The notes below the pieces were generated by a model. It ran no database searches, had not been told where the DNA came from, and saw nothing but the letters and a program-made list of their open reading frames with translations. From Psychrobacter sp. DM4 (GTDB taxonomy: Bacteria; Pseudomonadota; Gammaproteobacteria; Pseudomonadales; Moraxellaceae), in the NCBI RefSeq assembly GCF_051307035.1, contig NZ_CP195536.1, positions 2,430,001-2,462,000 of the forward strand: a stretch of DNA of 32,000 bases, written 5' to 3'. Below are positions 10,827 through 18,381 of the stretch, one piece after another (positions within the stretch are counted from its first letter, which is position 1; each line of letters starts with the position of its first letter). A program made the position numbers and the translations under genes.

Positions 10827-11933
10827 CTACGCACGCTCAGACAGTACTTCACTGAGCAGTTGTGTCTCAAATTTGTCTGTAATAACAGCTTTGCCTAATG
10901 ATTTGAGTAGTATTAGACGAATCTGTCCTTGTTTTACTTTTTTGTCATGACCCATGAGATTCAAAGCCGTTTGTGGATCAATCTGCGGCGGCGCAGTAGG
11001 CAATTTAGCACGAGCCAGAATACGCTCAACCCGTGCCAAATCCTCTATGCTGAGCCAGCCCATCTTTTGTGAGAGCCGAGCGGCTTGCATCATACCTGCT
11101 GCAACAGCCTCACCATGTAGCCAATTACCGTAGCCCTCATGCGTTTCAATCACATGACCAAAGGTATGACCAAAATTGAGTAGTGCACGTACGCCAGACT
11201 CTCTCTCATCTTGCGCGACAATATCAGCTTTGTACTCGCAGCAGCGCCGTACTGCCTCACCAAGCACTGTCAGATCCAACGCCATCATCGCCGACATATT
11301 ATCTTCAAGCCAAGTTAAGAATTCGGCGTCCATAATCAGCGCATACTTGATAACTTCAGCCAACCCTGCTGATAGCTCGCGCGGCGGTAATGTCAGCAAA
11401 GTACTCATATCAGCCAATACCATTTGCGGCTGCCAGAAAGCGCCGATCATGTTCTTACCTTGTGGATGATTGATACCCGTTTTGCCGCCCACGCTTGAAT
11501 CGACTTGCGACAATAGCGTGGTTGGAATCTGAATAAAATTGACGCCGCGCATAAAGCTTGCAGCAGCGAATCCTGTCATATCCCCTATCACGCCGCCGCC
11601 AAGTGCAACCAAAGTCACGTCACGATTAAAGTGCTCTGCCATTAGCGCATCATAAATCTGATCGATATTTGCCTGATTTTTGTACTGTTCGCCATCTGGT
11701 AGTATGCAGACTTTGACCGTAAAGCTCTTTTCAAGCTCTAATTGCAAGGGCTGCAAGTATAAGGGTGCTACCGTATCATTGGTGACGATCAGTACTTGCT
11801 GACCCTCAATAAAAGGGATAATCTGCTCACTCATACTGACTTTGGTGTTATCAGTATCTTTACTGATGACAATCGGATAATCATGGCTTTGCGTTTTGAC
11901 CATTAAGCCGTCAGCAGACATCAACGTTGTCAT
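10827..11933 (-). CDS. aroB: 3-dehydroquinate synthase
   Basis: 368 aa with hallmark AroB motifs ([69 protein letters not shown]). The ATG has an AGGA RBS. It lies directly downstream of aroK, the conserved arrangement. Confidence 0.95.
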   Translation of the reverse strand: MTTLMSADGLMVKTQSHDYPIVISKDTDNTKVSMSEQIIPFIEGQQVLIVTNDTVAPLYLQPLQLELEKSFTVKVCILPDGEQYKNQANIDQIYDALMAEHFNRDVTLVALGGGVIGDMTGFAAASFMRGVNFIQIPTTLLSQVDSSVGGKTGINHPQGKNMIGAFWQPQMVLADMSTLLTLPPRELSAGLAEVIKYALIMDAEFLTWLEDNMSAMMALDLTVLGEAVRRCCEYKADIVAQDERESGVRALLNFGHTFGHVIETHEGYGNWLHGEAVAAGMMQAARLSQKMGWLSIEDLARVERILARAKLPTAPPQIDPQTALNLMGHDKKVKQGQIRLILLKSLGKAVITDKFETQLLSEVLSERA

Positions 11934-11984
11934 AGAATTGTCCTAAATTATAAAGAGATAATAGCTTGTGAACAGTAATATCTG

Positions 11985-12587
11985 TCAGTCTATAAAGGGT
12001 CCTGCTTGATCGCTTATATCATGAGCAAGATTATCTACAGGCGCTATTGATATACCGTGATCATTACAAAACGTAGTAAGCTGCTCTAATAGCTGATTGA
12101 CCATGTGCCGCGGATAAGTATGACCCGTTGGCATAGTGATATGAGCTACTTGCCGATATAAAGGGTCACGGACCTCATAAAGCTTTTGAAGTATCTTACG
12201 TGGATTGGGCTGTTGTAGTAGTGGTCTTGATTTATCTCGTGAAGTACGAACTACTTGCACATCAACAGGGGCGTTGAGATAAACCACAATACCGCGCTGA
12301 TGCAAAAAATCACGATTGTCTGTGGCCATAACTGCGCCGCCGCCCGTTGCCAACACGATCTGCTCTCTTTGGGTCAGCTCGTCTATAGCTCGCGTTTCGC
12401 GCTCACGAAAGCCCGCTTCCCCCTCTTTAGCGAATATCCAAGCAATATCAGCGCCGGTTTGCGACTCGATATACCAATCACTATCTACAAACGTCCGCCC
12501 CAATTGTTTGGCAAGCAATCGACCAATGGTGGTCTTCCCCGCTCCCATCGGTCCCACTAAAAACACCGACGGTAATTCCTCCATCAT
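11985..12587 (-). CDS. aroK: Shikimate kinase I
   Basis: It has a Walker A motif (VGPMGAGKTTIGR), FVDSD, GE..FR..E and LATGGG motifs collinear with E. coli AroK. Candidate starts are ATG 12587, ATG 12584 and GTG 12596 (the track start). The C-terminus runs about 25 aa longer than E. coli AroK. Confidence 0.9.
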   Translation of the reverse strand: MMEELPSVFLVGPMGAGKTTIGRLLAKQLGRTFVDSDWYIESQTGADIAWIFAKEGEAGFRERETRAIDELTQREQIVLATGGGAVMATDNRDFLHQRGIVVYLNAPVDVQVVRTSRDKSRPLLQQPNPRKILQKLYEVRDPLYRQVAHITMPTGHTYPRHMVNQLLEQLTTFCNDHGISIAPVDNLAHDISDQAGPFID

Positions 12588-12693
12588 AGTACTCACTCAG
12601 CTAAATTAGGTATGATACAACGTCATTGATATTCTGGCTAGTAACGAGCATTGTTTATTCACTTTTATCTATCATCTTCTGAGGACATGCTAT

Positions 12694-12723
12694 AAAAAAG
12701 CAAGCACTAAGGCTTGCTTTTTT
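12694..12723 (-). terminator. Rho-independent terminator downstream of pilQ
   Basis: AAAAAAGCAAGC-ACTAAG-GCTTGCTTTTTT. The 6-bp GC-rich stem is extendable by A/T pairs, and T6 follows the stem on the minus strand. It begins 16 nt after the pilQ stop codon. Confidence 0.7.
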
Positions 12724-12738
12724 ATAGCTACGTAATGA

Positions 12739-15156
12739 CTAGTTCAGACGACTGATGCCATCATTAACTAATTTTGGCGTAATAAAGATCAGTAGCTCTT
12801 CTTTATTGTTGTTACGTACATCGCGGCGGAATGCACGGCCAATGTAGGGCAAGTCTCCCAAAAACGGCACCTTGTCGACATTATTATTAGTACGATTTCT
12901 AAAGACGCCGCCCAATACTATAGTTTGTCCATCTTCAACAATTACATTGGTTGATATTAGATCCTCTGAGATAGCAACCTGATTATTGATAATGGTTGGC
13001 GTGCCATTAGTGATCAATAATTGAAGACCAATTTTTCCATCTGGAGTGATATTCGGTGTCGCCTCCAAACTCAGCGCCGCCTCTCTAAAGCTTGTCGTCG
13101 TCGCGCCACTAGCTGAGGCTTCTTGATAGGGAATCTGCGTACCTGACGAGACTTTTGCGGTTTGTTTATCTGAAGTCAAAATCTTGGGCGTAGATATTAC
13201 TTCACCGCGATTATCTGCTTGTAAAGCTGAGAGCTCAAGATCTAGCATCACATCTGACAATCCCAGTAAACCAAAGGCAATACTACCAGCAGGGTTAGCA
13301 ACGCCAAGATCGACATTCAAATTATCTGGACGACTAATATCATAAGAGGGAAATGAGACAGTCTGACCATTTACCGTAGTGGTTTCGATATCAAAATCTT
13401 TTAGGTCTGCCAATGTCTGATTGCTACCACCGACAAGTAAGCTGCGGTTGTTAGCTGCGCCATTAGACAAAATACCCCAACGTACGCCGATCTCTTTGCT
13501 AAAGCTATCGGTGGCACTAACGATACGCGCCTCAATCATTACTTGACGTACTGGAATGTCAATTTTGCTAATCAGTTCGCGTATATTTTCAATACTGTCT
13601 GCGACATCCTTAACAATTAAGGTATTGGTGCGCTCATCAATGGTGACAGTGCCGCGTGCAGAGAGCAGTGTGCTGTTGTCCTCAAAACGATTAACGGTAC
13701 CGATAGTATTGTTGGTTCCAATGGTGTTATTGACACTGTTGTTGCCTGTTGAGCCGCTGCCCTGCGAGATTAAATTGTACACATCCTGCGCTTTTGCATA
13801 GCTTAAGCGGATGTATTCAGTGCGTAGTGGCGCATAGGCTTGAACGGCTTGCTGCGCTGCCAGCTCACGTGCTTCTTGTTCTGCAAGCTCCGTTGAGGGC
13901 GCTACCAAAATCACGTTGCCGTTCTCACGCTTGCCTAAATTTTTACTTTTTAAAATAATATCTAGTGCCTGATCCCACGGTACATTGATAAGACGCAAGG
14001 TAATGTTACCTGCAACAGAATCACTAGCGACGACATTCATATCGGTGAACTGAGCTAAGATATCTAAAACACTACGAACCTCAACATCTTGAAACTCCAT
14101 TGATAGCGCTTCGCCCGTATAGACCCTGTCCTCAAGTGTCGGCTCACGTAGCAGCTCAGGCTCTTTTATACCTATGTTAAGCTGATTACCTGACTGGTAT
14201 GCTTGGTATTCATAATCGCCATTCATATTGATGGTTATGACGCCATTCTGGCCTTGGTTTTTGGTATCAACACTACTGACAAGCCCACTATTGATATTGA
14301 GGCGACGTAATAGATTGCGCGGTACCGTACTACCTGTCAAGCGTACCACAAGCTGGTTGCCTTGACGCTGAACATCTACTGGAATCGCTTCATTTGCAAG
14401 TGCTATACTGATATCACCGCCTTTACCTTTTGCTGAAAAATTCAGTGCCGTAAGTCCATCATAACTGTACTGCTGACTGACCTGACGACTCGCAAGCCTT
14501 GGGTCTAGCAAAGGATTGACTCGCACGACCATAGTATTGGCAGGCGCTTGGTCGGTCACTGTGACAGGGCGACTAACAACAGCTGCGGCAGGCACACTAC
14601 CGGTCTCAATAATAGGCGTGACAATTGGTGTTGTCGTGATCGCAGTATTACCATTCAACACATCTTGAATAGGGTCATTAGTGATCACAGTAGGCGCGCG
14701 TACAACAGTGGGTACGCGTACAACAGTGCGTGTGGGATCAGTAATAGTGAGTAGTAAATCATTACCTTCGATCGCCGTGGTGTACTCTCCTGCTTGTTTG
14801 AGTCCAACTATGAGTCGCGTGGTGCTGTCGTTGTTTAACGTGGTGACCTCATTGATCATACCGATATTGTAAGTATTAGCGCGACTGCTTAGCCCATTTT
14901 GGACTTGTTCAAAGTCTAGAACCAAGCGACTCGGATCATCTAACTGGTAGGCGGCAGGCAACTGCGGCGTCTCAGAGAATCCCAAACGCATTTGAGTAAT
15001 GGTAGGCGCTGTTTGTACAACGGAGACGTTATTAATGCGTTGTTCGGCATAGGCGCTAGCACTGATGGTAATCATACTTACTGCTAGTGCCGAGACGGCA
15101 AAGCGAGAAGATACGCGGTTACTCATTGTCATTACCTGATTATGGCGTACGGTCAT
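12739..15156 (-). CDS. pilQ: Type IV pilus secretin PilQ
   Basis: 805 aa with a signal peptide (AVSMITISASAYAEQ) and N-terminal AMIN-like repeats. The C-terminal secretin domain is clear (NRGEVISTPKILTSDKQTA, VIVEDGQTIVLGGVF, VPFLGDLPYIGRAFR....ELLIFITPKLV). The ATG at 15156 follows GAGGAA at 7 nt. It is the last gene of pilMNOPQ. Confidence 0.9.
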   Translation of the reverse strand: MTVRHNQVMTMSNRVSSRFAVSALAVSMITISASAYAEQRINNVSVVQTAPTITQMRLGFSETPQLPAAYQLDDPSRLVLDFEQVQNGLSSRANTYNIGMINEVTTLNNDSTTRLIVGLKQAGEYTTAIEGNDLLLTITDPTRTVVRVPTVVRAPTVITNDPIQDVLNGNTAITTTPIVTPIIETGSVPAAAVVSRPVTVTDQAPANTMVVRVNPLLDPRLASRQVSQQYSYDGLTALNFSAKGKGGDISIALANEAIPVDVQRQGNQLVVRLTGSTVPRNLLRRLNINSGLVSSVDTKNQGQNGVITINMNGDYEYQAYQSGNQLNIGIKEPELLREPTLEDRVYTGEALSMEFQDVEVRSVLDILAQFTDMNVVASDSVAGNITLRLINVPWDQALDIILKSKNLGKRENGNVILVAPSTELAEQEARELAAQQAVQAYAPLRTEYIRLSYAKAQDVYNLISQGSGSTGNNSVNNTIGTNNTIGTVNRFEDNSTLLSARGTVTIDERTNTLIVKDVADSIENIRELISKIDIPVRQVMIEARIVSATDSFSKEIGVRWGILSNGAANNRSLLVGGSNQTLADLKDFDIETTTVNGQTVSFPSYDISRPDNLNVDLGVANPAGSIAFGLLGLSDVMLDLELSALQADNRGEVISTPKILTSDKQTAKVSSGTQIPYQEASASGATTTSFREAALSLEATPNITPDGKIGLQLLITNGTPTIINNQVAISEDLISTNVIVEDGQTIVLGGVFRNRTNNNVDKVPFLGDLPYIGRAFRRDVRNNNKEELLIFITPKLVNDGISRLN

Positions 15157-15183
15157 TACATATTCCTCAAAAGATCTGCCGAC

Positions 15184-15711
15184 TTAACTTATAGGAGAGA
15201 CCAGCGATTGGGGTCTTTCGATAAACCCGGCGCGGCTGTCTGGCACAATTTCAATCAAATTAATTTGGGTCGGTGTGATTTCAACGATACGGCCATCATT
15301 TAATCCAAGATAATCCCCTACCTTTACGCTGGCAACCGATCCATCAGGACGCTGCACCAAAGCATACTGCTGACCCTCAGGTGAGATGAGCATACCGCGA
15401 AAAATCAGTTGTGCTAGCTCATATTGCTCTAAAGGCTCTTTTATGCGGTTGATATCTGGGCGTACACCGTTGATTGCCTCAGTTGTACCTTGCACATTAA
15501 CCAAACTTGGCGGCAAAAAAGGACTGCGTAAGGTATTAGCACTATAGACAAAGTCCTCAACCAGATCAGACGGTGGCGGCGGCTCTATAGGCTGCGCTGG
15601 CTGATCCCGTATGGCTACCATCGCCTGCTCGGCCATACCGATGCGATCGCTACAACCACTAAGCCAAAGTGCTGAGAGGCTGATCAAAATAATAGGTAAT
15701 TTATTTATCAT
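15184..15711 (-). CDS. pilP: Type IV pilus assembly lipoprotein PilP
   Basis: It has a lipobox (LWLSGCSD). It is collinear with P. aeruginosa PilP (LRSPF.PP, PLE.YEL, VGDYLG.NDG.IV.I....I.LIEIVPD....ERP.SL). Its start overlaps the pilO stop (TGATG). Confidence 0.85.
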   Translation of the reverse strand: MINKLPIILISLSALWLSGCSDRIGMAEQAMVAIRDQPAQPIEPPPPSDLVEDFVYSANTLRSPFLPPSLVNVQGTTEAINGVRPDINRIKEPLEQYELAQLIFRGMLISPEGQQYALVQRPDGSVASVKVGDYLGLNDGRIVEITPTQINLIEIVPDSRAGFIERPQSLVSPIS

Positions 15712-16478
15712 CAGTTGCCTCCTGTACTAGCAGCGAGGGTGTTAGCTGCCTCTGTTGTTCCAGCAGCAACGGTCTCACCTGTGACCTCAACTTCCGGTTT
15801 TGCCTCTTTTGAGCGATACGTTTTGGTTTGTAATACCATGTTTAGCTCTGGTAGGACATCCAAAGTAGGCTGCGGGTTACTGATCTCAAAGTCGTGCATA
15901 GTGATAATACGTGGCAACGCTGCCAGACCACTAATAAAGCTACCAAACTGGTGATACTCACCTAAAGCTGCAATACGAATAGGCTGTTCAATAAAAAACT
16001 CATTTTCAATCTCAGGCTCAACTGAGATGTCTTGGAATCGTATATTACTACCGACTCCTGTCATGTTGATGCCCTCAACCAGCTCTGATACGCGAGTATC
16101 CTTTGGCAACTGATCGAGCAAAGTATTGAATTCTGTTTCCATCTGAATAACTTGAGCTTGATAAGCTTCTAGATGACGGGCACGCGACTCTTTTTCGCGG
16201 TAGCTATCGAGCAGGACTTGCTGCTCACTCTCGGCGGCTCGAATATCATCGATTTTGCTACTGATAGGTAGCGCCCAGGATAGAGCGGCGATAAAGGCAA
16301 TAATGAATCCTAATACAGTTAGTTTAACTGGTAGCGGCCAACTGCCATAATTATCAGCATCTAATGACTGAAAACTACGACGAAACTCATTAAGATCAAA
16401 AGACTTTTTGGGGCGGCGTTTGCTTCGTATTGCTGTTTTTTTGGTACCAAAAGGACGCTTCTTTAGATCCAGTCTCAT
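15711..16478 (-). CDS. pilO: Type IV pilus assembly protein PilO
   Basis: The motif GSWP..VK is followed by a TM helix, a coiled-coil and a C-terminal ferredoxin-like core (GEYHQFGSFISGLAALPRIITMHDFEI), matching PilO. An ATGA sequence overlaps the pilN stop. It carries a basic roughly 25-aa N-terminal extension and an A/T/E-rich C-terminal tail. Confidence 0.85.
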   Translation of the reverse strand: MRLDLKKRPFGTKKTAIRSKRRPKKSFDLNEFRRSFQSLDADNYGSWPLPVKLTVLGFIIAFIAALSWALPISSKIDDIRAAESEQQVLLDSYREKESRARHLEAYQAQVIQMETEFNTLLDQLPKDTRVSELVEGINMTGVGSNIRFQDISVEPEIENEFFIEQPIRIAALGEYHQFGSFISGLAALPRIITMHDFEISNPQPTLDVLPELNMVLQTKTYRSKEAKPEVEVTGETVAAGTTEAANTLAASTGGN

Positions 16479-17134
16479 AAGTTACCTCCAGCTACTGGCA
16501 CAGCCGCGCCATCTTCTAAGATTGCAACGTCAGATTGAACTTTGGTCGTTACCACAAACTGTACGTAGCTGTCTTCTGGGTACACTGGGCGTGGCGTTTC
16601 GCCTGCTACAGTAGGCTCATTAAGCGTGGGCGCCGTCTCGTAGGCAGTAATGTTTTGCTGAATGTTACTGACAGCAGAATTGCCCATCCACTCGCTGCTA
16701 TCGAGGTTACGAATCAGACTCGATACTACGTTAGGGTTGTCCGCCAGACCGGTAAGCGTCAATACATCGCCTTCTCGTTTAAAATTATTGAGATAAAGCG
16801 CCGCTGGTATGGCTTTAGCAATATCATCCCAAATACGTACAGGAACAGGACGACGACCCTGCAAATCTTGGATGACCTGCATACGCGAGATGATGTCTTC
16901 TCGGCGCTGTTCTAAACCGTCGATCTCTACTAAAACCGCATCAAGGCGGCTGTTCTCTTGCTCGATGAGCGCATTAGCATCGCGCTGTTCTTCTAATTCA
17001 TTATTAAAGTAACTCCACGATGCAAAAGCTGCTAATAGCGCAAGCAAAGTCACTGCGACAACTAAGGTGATAAATTCTTTATTACGACGTTCGCGCTCTT
17101 CTGCTCGCCAAGGTAGTAGGTTAATACGAGCCAT
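16475..17134 (-). CDS. pilN: Type IV pilus assembly protein PilN
   Basis: The N-terminus MARINLLPWR is the conserved PilM-binding peptide of PilN. A single TM helix and a coiled-coil follow. TGATG overlaps the pilM stop. Confidence 0.85.
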   Translation of the reverse strand: MARINLLPWRAEERERRNKEFITLVVAVTLLALLAAFASWSYFNNELEEQRDANALIEQENSRLDAVLVEIDGLEQRREDIISRMQVIQDLQGRRPVPVRIWDDIAKAIPAALYLNNFKREGDVLTLTGLADNPNVVSSLIRNLDSSEWMGNSAVSNIQQNITAYETAPTLNEPTVAGETPRPVYPEDSYVQFVVTTKVQSDVAILEDGAAVPVAGGNL

Positions 17135-18189
17135 CAGTCAAAGCTCCTTAACGCAAGTCCGCAAGCACCCATCAAACTTGGTGCATCAATCGCTAGCTGC
17201 TCACTGTCTATGTAGGGGTCGATTGTCATATTAACAAAGGGATTGGCTACGCTGACTGTCACACCAAGCTTTTGTTGTACCATGCCAGCTAAGCCTGAGA
17301 TTGCACTACTACCTCCTGCCAACACGATATGATCGATACTGTTGTACTGGCTAGATGAAAAGTAAAATTGTAATGAGCGGGTAATCTGCTGAATAACACT
17401 CTCTAAAAACGGTGTTAGTACCTCTGGATAATAATCATCGGGTAGCGTGCGTTCTCGCTTACTGAGAGTCGCCTCATCAAAGGTAAGACCGTAGCGATTT
17501 TGAATAGCTTCTGTGAGCTGCGCGCCACCAAAGAGTTGTTCACGGTTATAGACAAATTCGCCGTCTTTTGCGATATATAAGGTAGTCTGATTGTGACCAA
17601 TATCGACCAAAGCGACAAGCTCTGGCAGATTGGACAAGTTGTCTACCATAAGATTAAAAGCTCGCTCAATGGCATGGTTTTCGATATCCATGATTTTGGT
17701 TTGCAAACTGCCAAAGGTCAAAGCATCAACACGTTGATCGACGTTCTCCGAGCGCGAAGCCGCGAGCAGTACTTGTACCATCTCATCACTTATAAGAGAA
17801 GGACCTAATACCTCAAAATCTAAATTGACATCTTCCAACGGATAGGGAATATATTGATCAGCATCTAAGCGAATTTGTGCTTCTCGCTCTACATCGCTAA
17901 GCGTTTTGTCCATATCGATAATTTTGGTAATGACCGCAGATCCTGAGACTGAGGTTGCAGCACTGCTCCCTGCTACCTGACAACGTCTAGCCAGACTTGC
18001 AATCGTGTTACCAACCAATTCGGTATCTACAATGAGTTTGTCAACGACAACTCCTGAAGCTAAGCTCTCAATGCCGTAAGACTTTAGATGATATGTACCT
18101 TGCTGACGGTGTATATCAACAAGTTTCACTGAAGTGGCACAAACGTCCACTCCAATTAAATGCCTACTGTTAGAAGAAAATAACCTCAC
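17134..18189 (-). CDS. pilM: Type IV pilus assembly ATPase-fold (actin-like) protein PilM
   Basis: 351 aa with an N-terminus of the form LIGVDV..TSVKLV and an LAGGSS segment typical of PilM/FtsA-like proteins. The GTG start at 18189 has AAGGTA upstream. It is the first gene of pilMNOPQ and is divergent from ponA. Confidence 0.9.
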   Translation of the reverse strand: MRLFSSNSRHLIGVDVCATSVKLVDIHRQQGTYHLKSYGIESLASGVVVDKLIVDTELVGNTIASLARRCQVAGSSAATSVSGSAVITKIIDMDKTLSDVEREAQIRLDADQYIPYPLEDVNLDFEVLGPSLISDEMVQVLLAASRSENVDQRVDALTFGSLQTKIMDIENHAIERAFNLMVDNLSNLPELVALVDIGHNQTTLYIAKDGEFVYNREQLFGGAQLTEAIQNRYGLTFDEATLSKRERTLPDDYYPEVLTPFLESVIQQITRSLQFYFSSSQYNSIDHIVLAGGSSAISGLAGMVQQKLGVTVSVANPFVNMTIDPYIDSEQLAIDAPSLMGACGLALRSFD

Positions 18190-18381
18190 AAATGCTATAC
18201 CTTGTATGAAGTGTACGACTTGATAATAATTTGTAATAATTCAGTACAATACTTTACTTAATGGACATATTCAAGCGCTAAGAAAATATATTGAGACTAT
18301 TTGTACATTTAGTATGACCAACGCATTTTGTTCAAGGTATAATAAAGTATCTGTTACAAACTTTAATCAATAAGTCTGATT
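18190..18381. promoter_or_regulatory. Divergent pilM / ponA control region with candidate sigma70 promoters
   Basis: This is an AT-rich 192-bp spacer. The plus-strand candidate for ponA is ATGACC (18314-18319), 18 nt, then TATAAT (18338-18343). The minus-strand candidate for pilM is TTGAAT (18274-18269), 17 nt, then TATTGT (18251-18246). These are motif matches only, with no transcript evidence. Confidence 0.35.

Noticed and set aside
16535-16915. 126-aa plus-strand ORF overlapping pilN
   Set aside because: It is antisense to a conserved, translationally coupled pilN gene. It has no RBS and its sequence is not protein-like (R/Y/V-rich). It is a shadow ORF.
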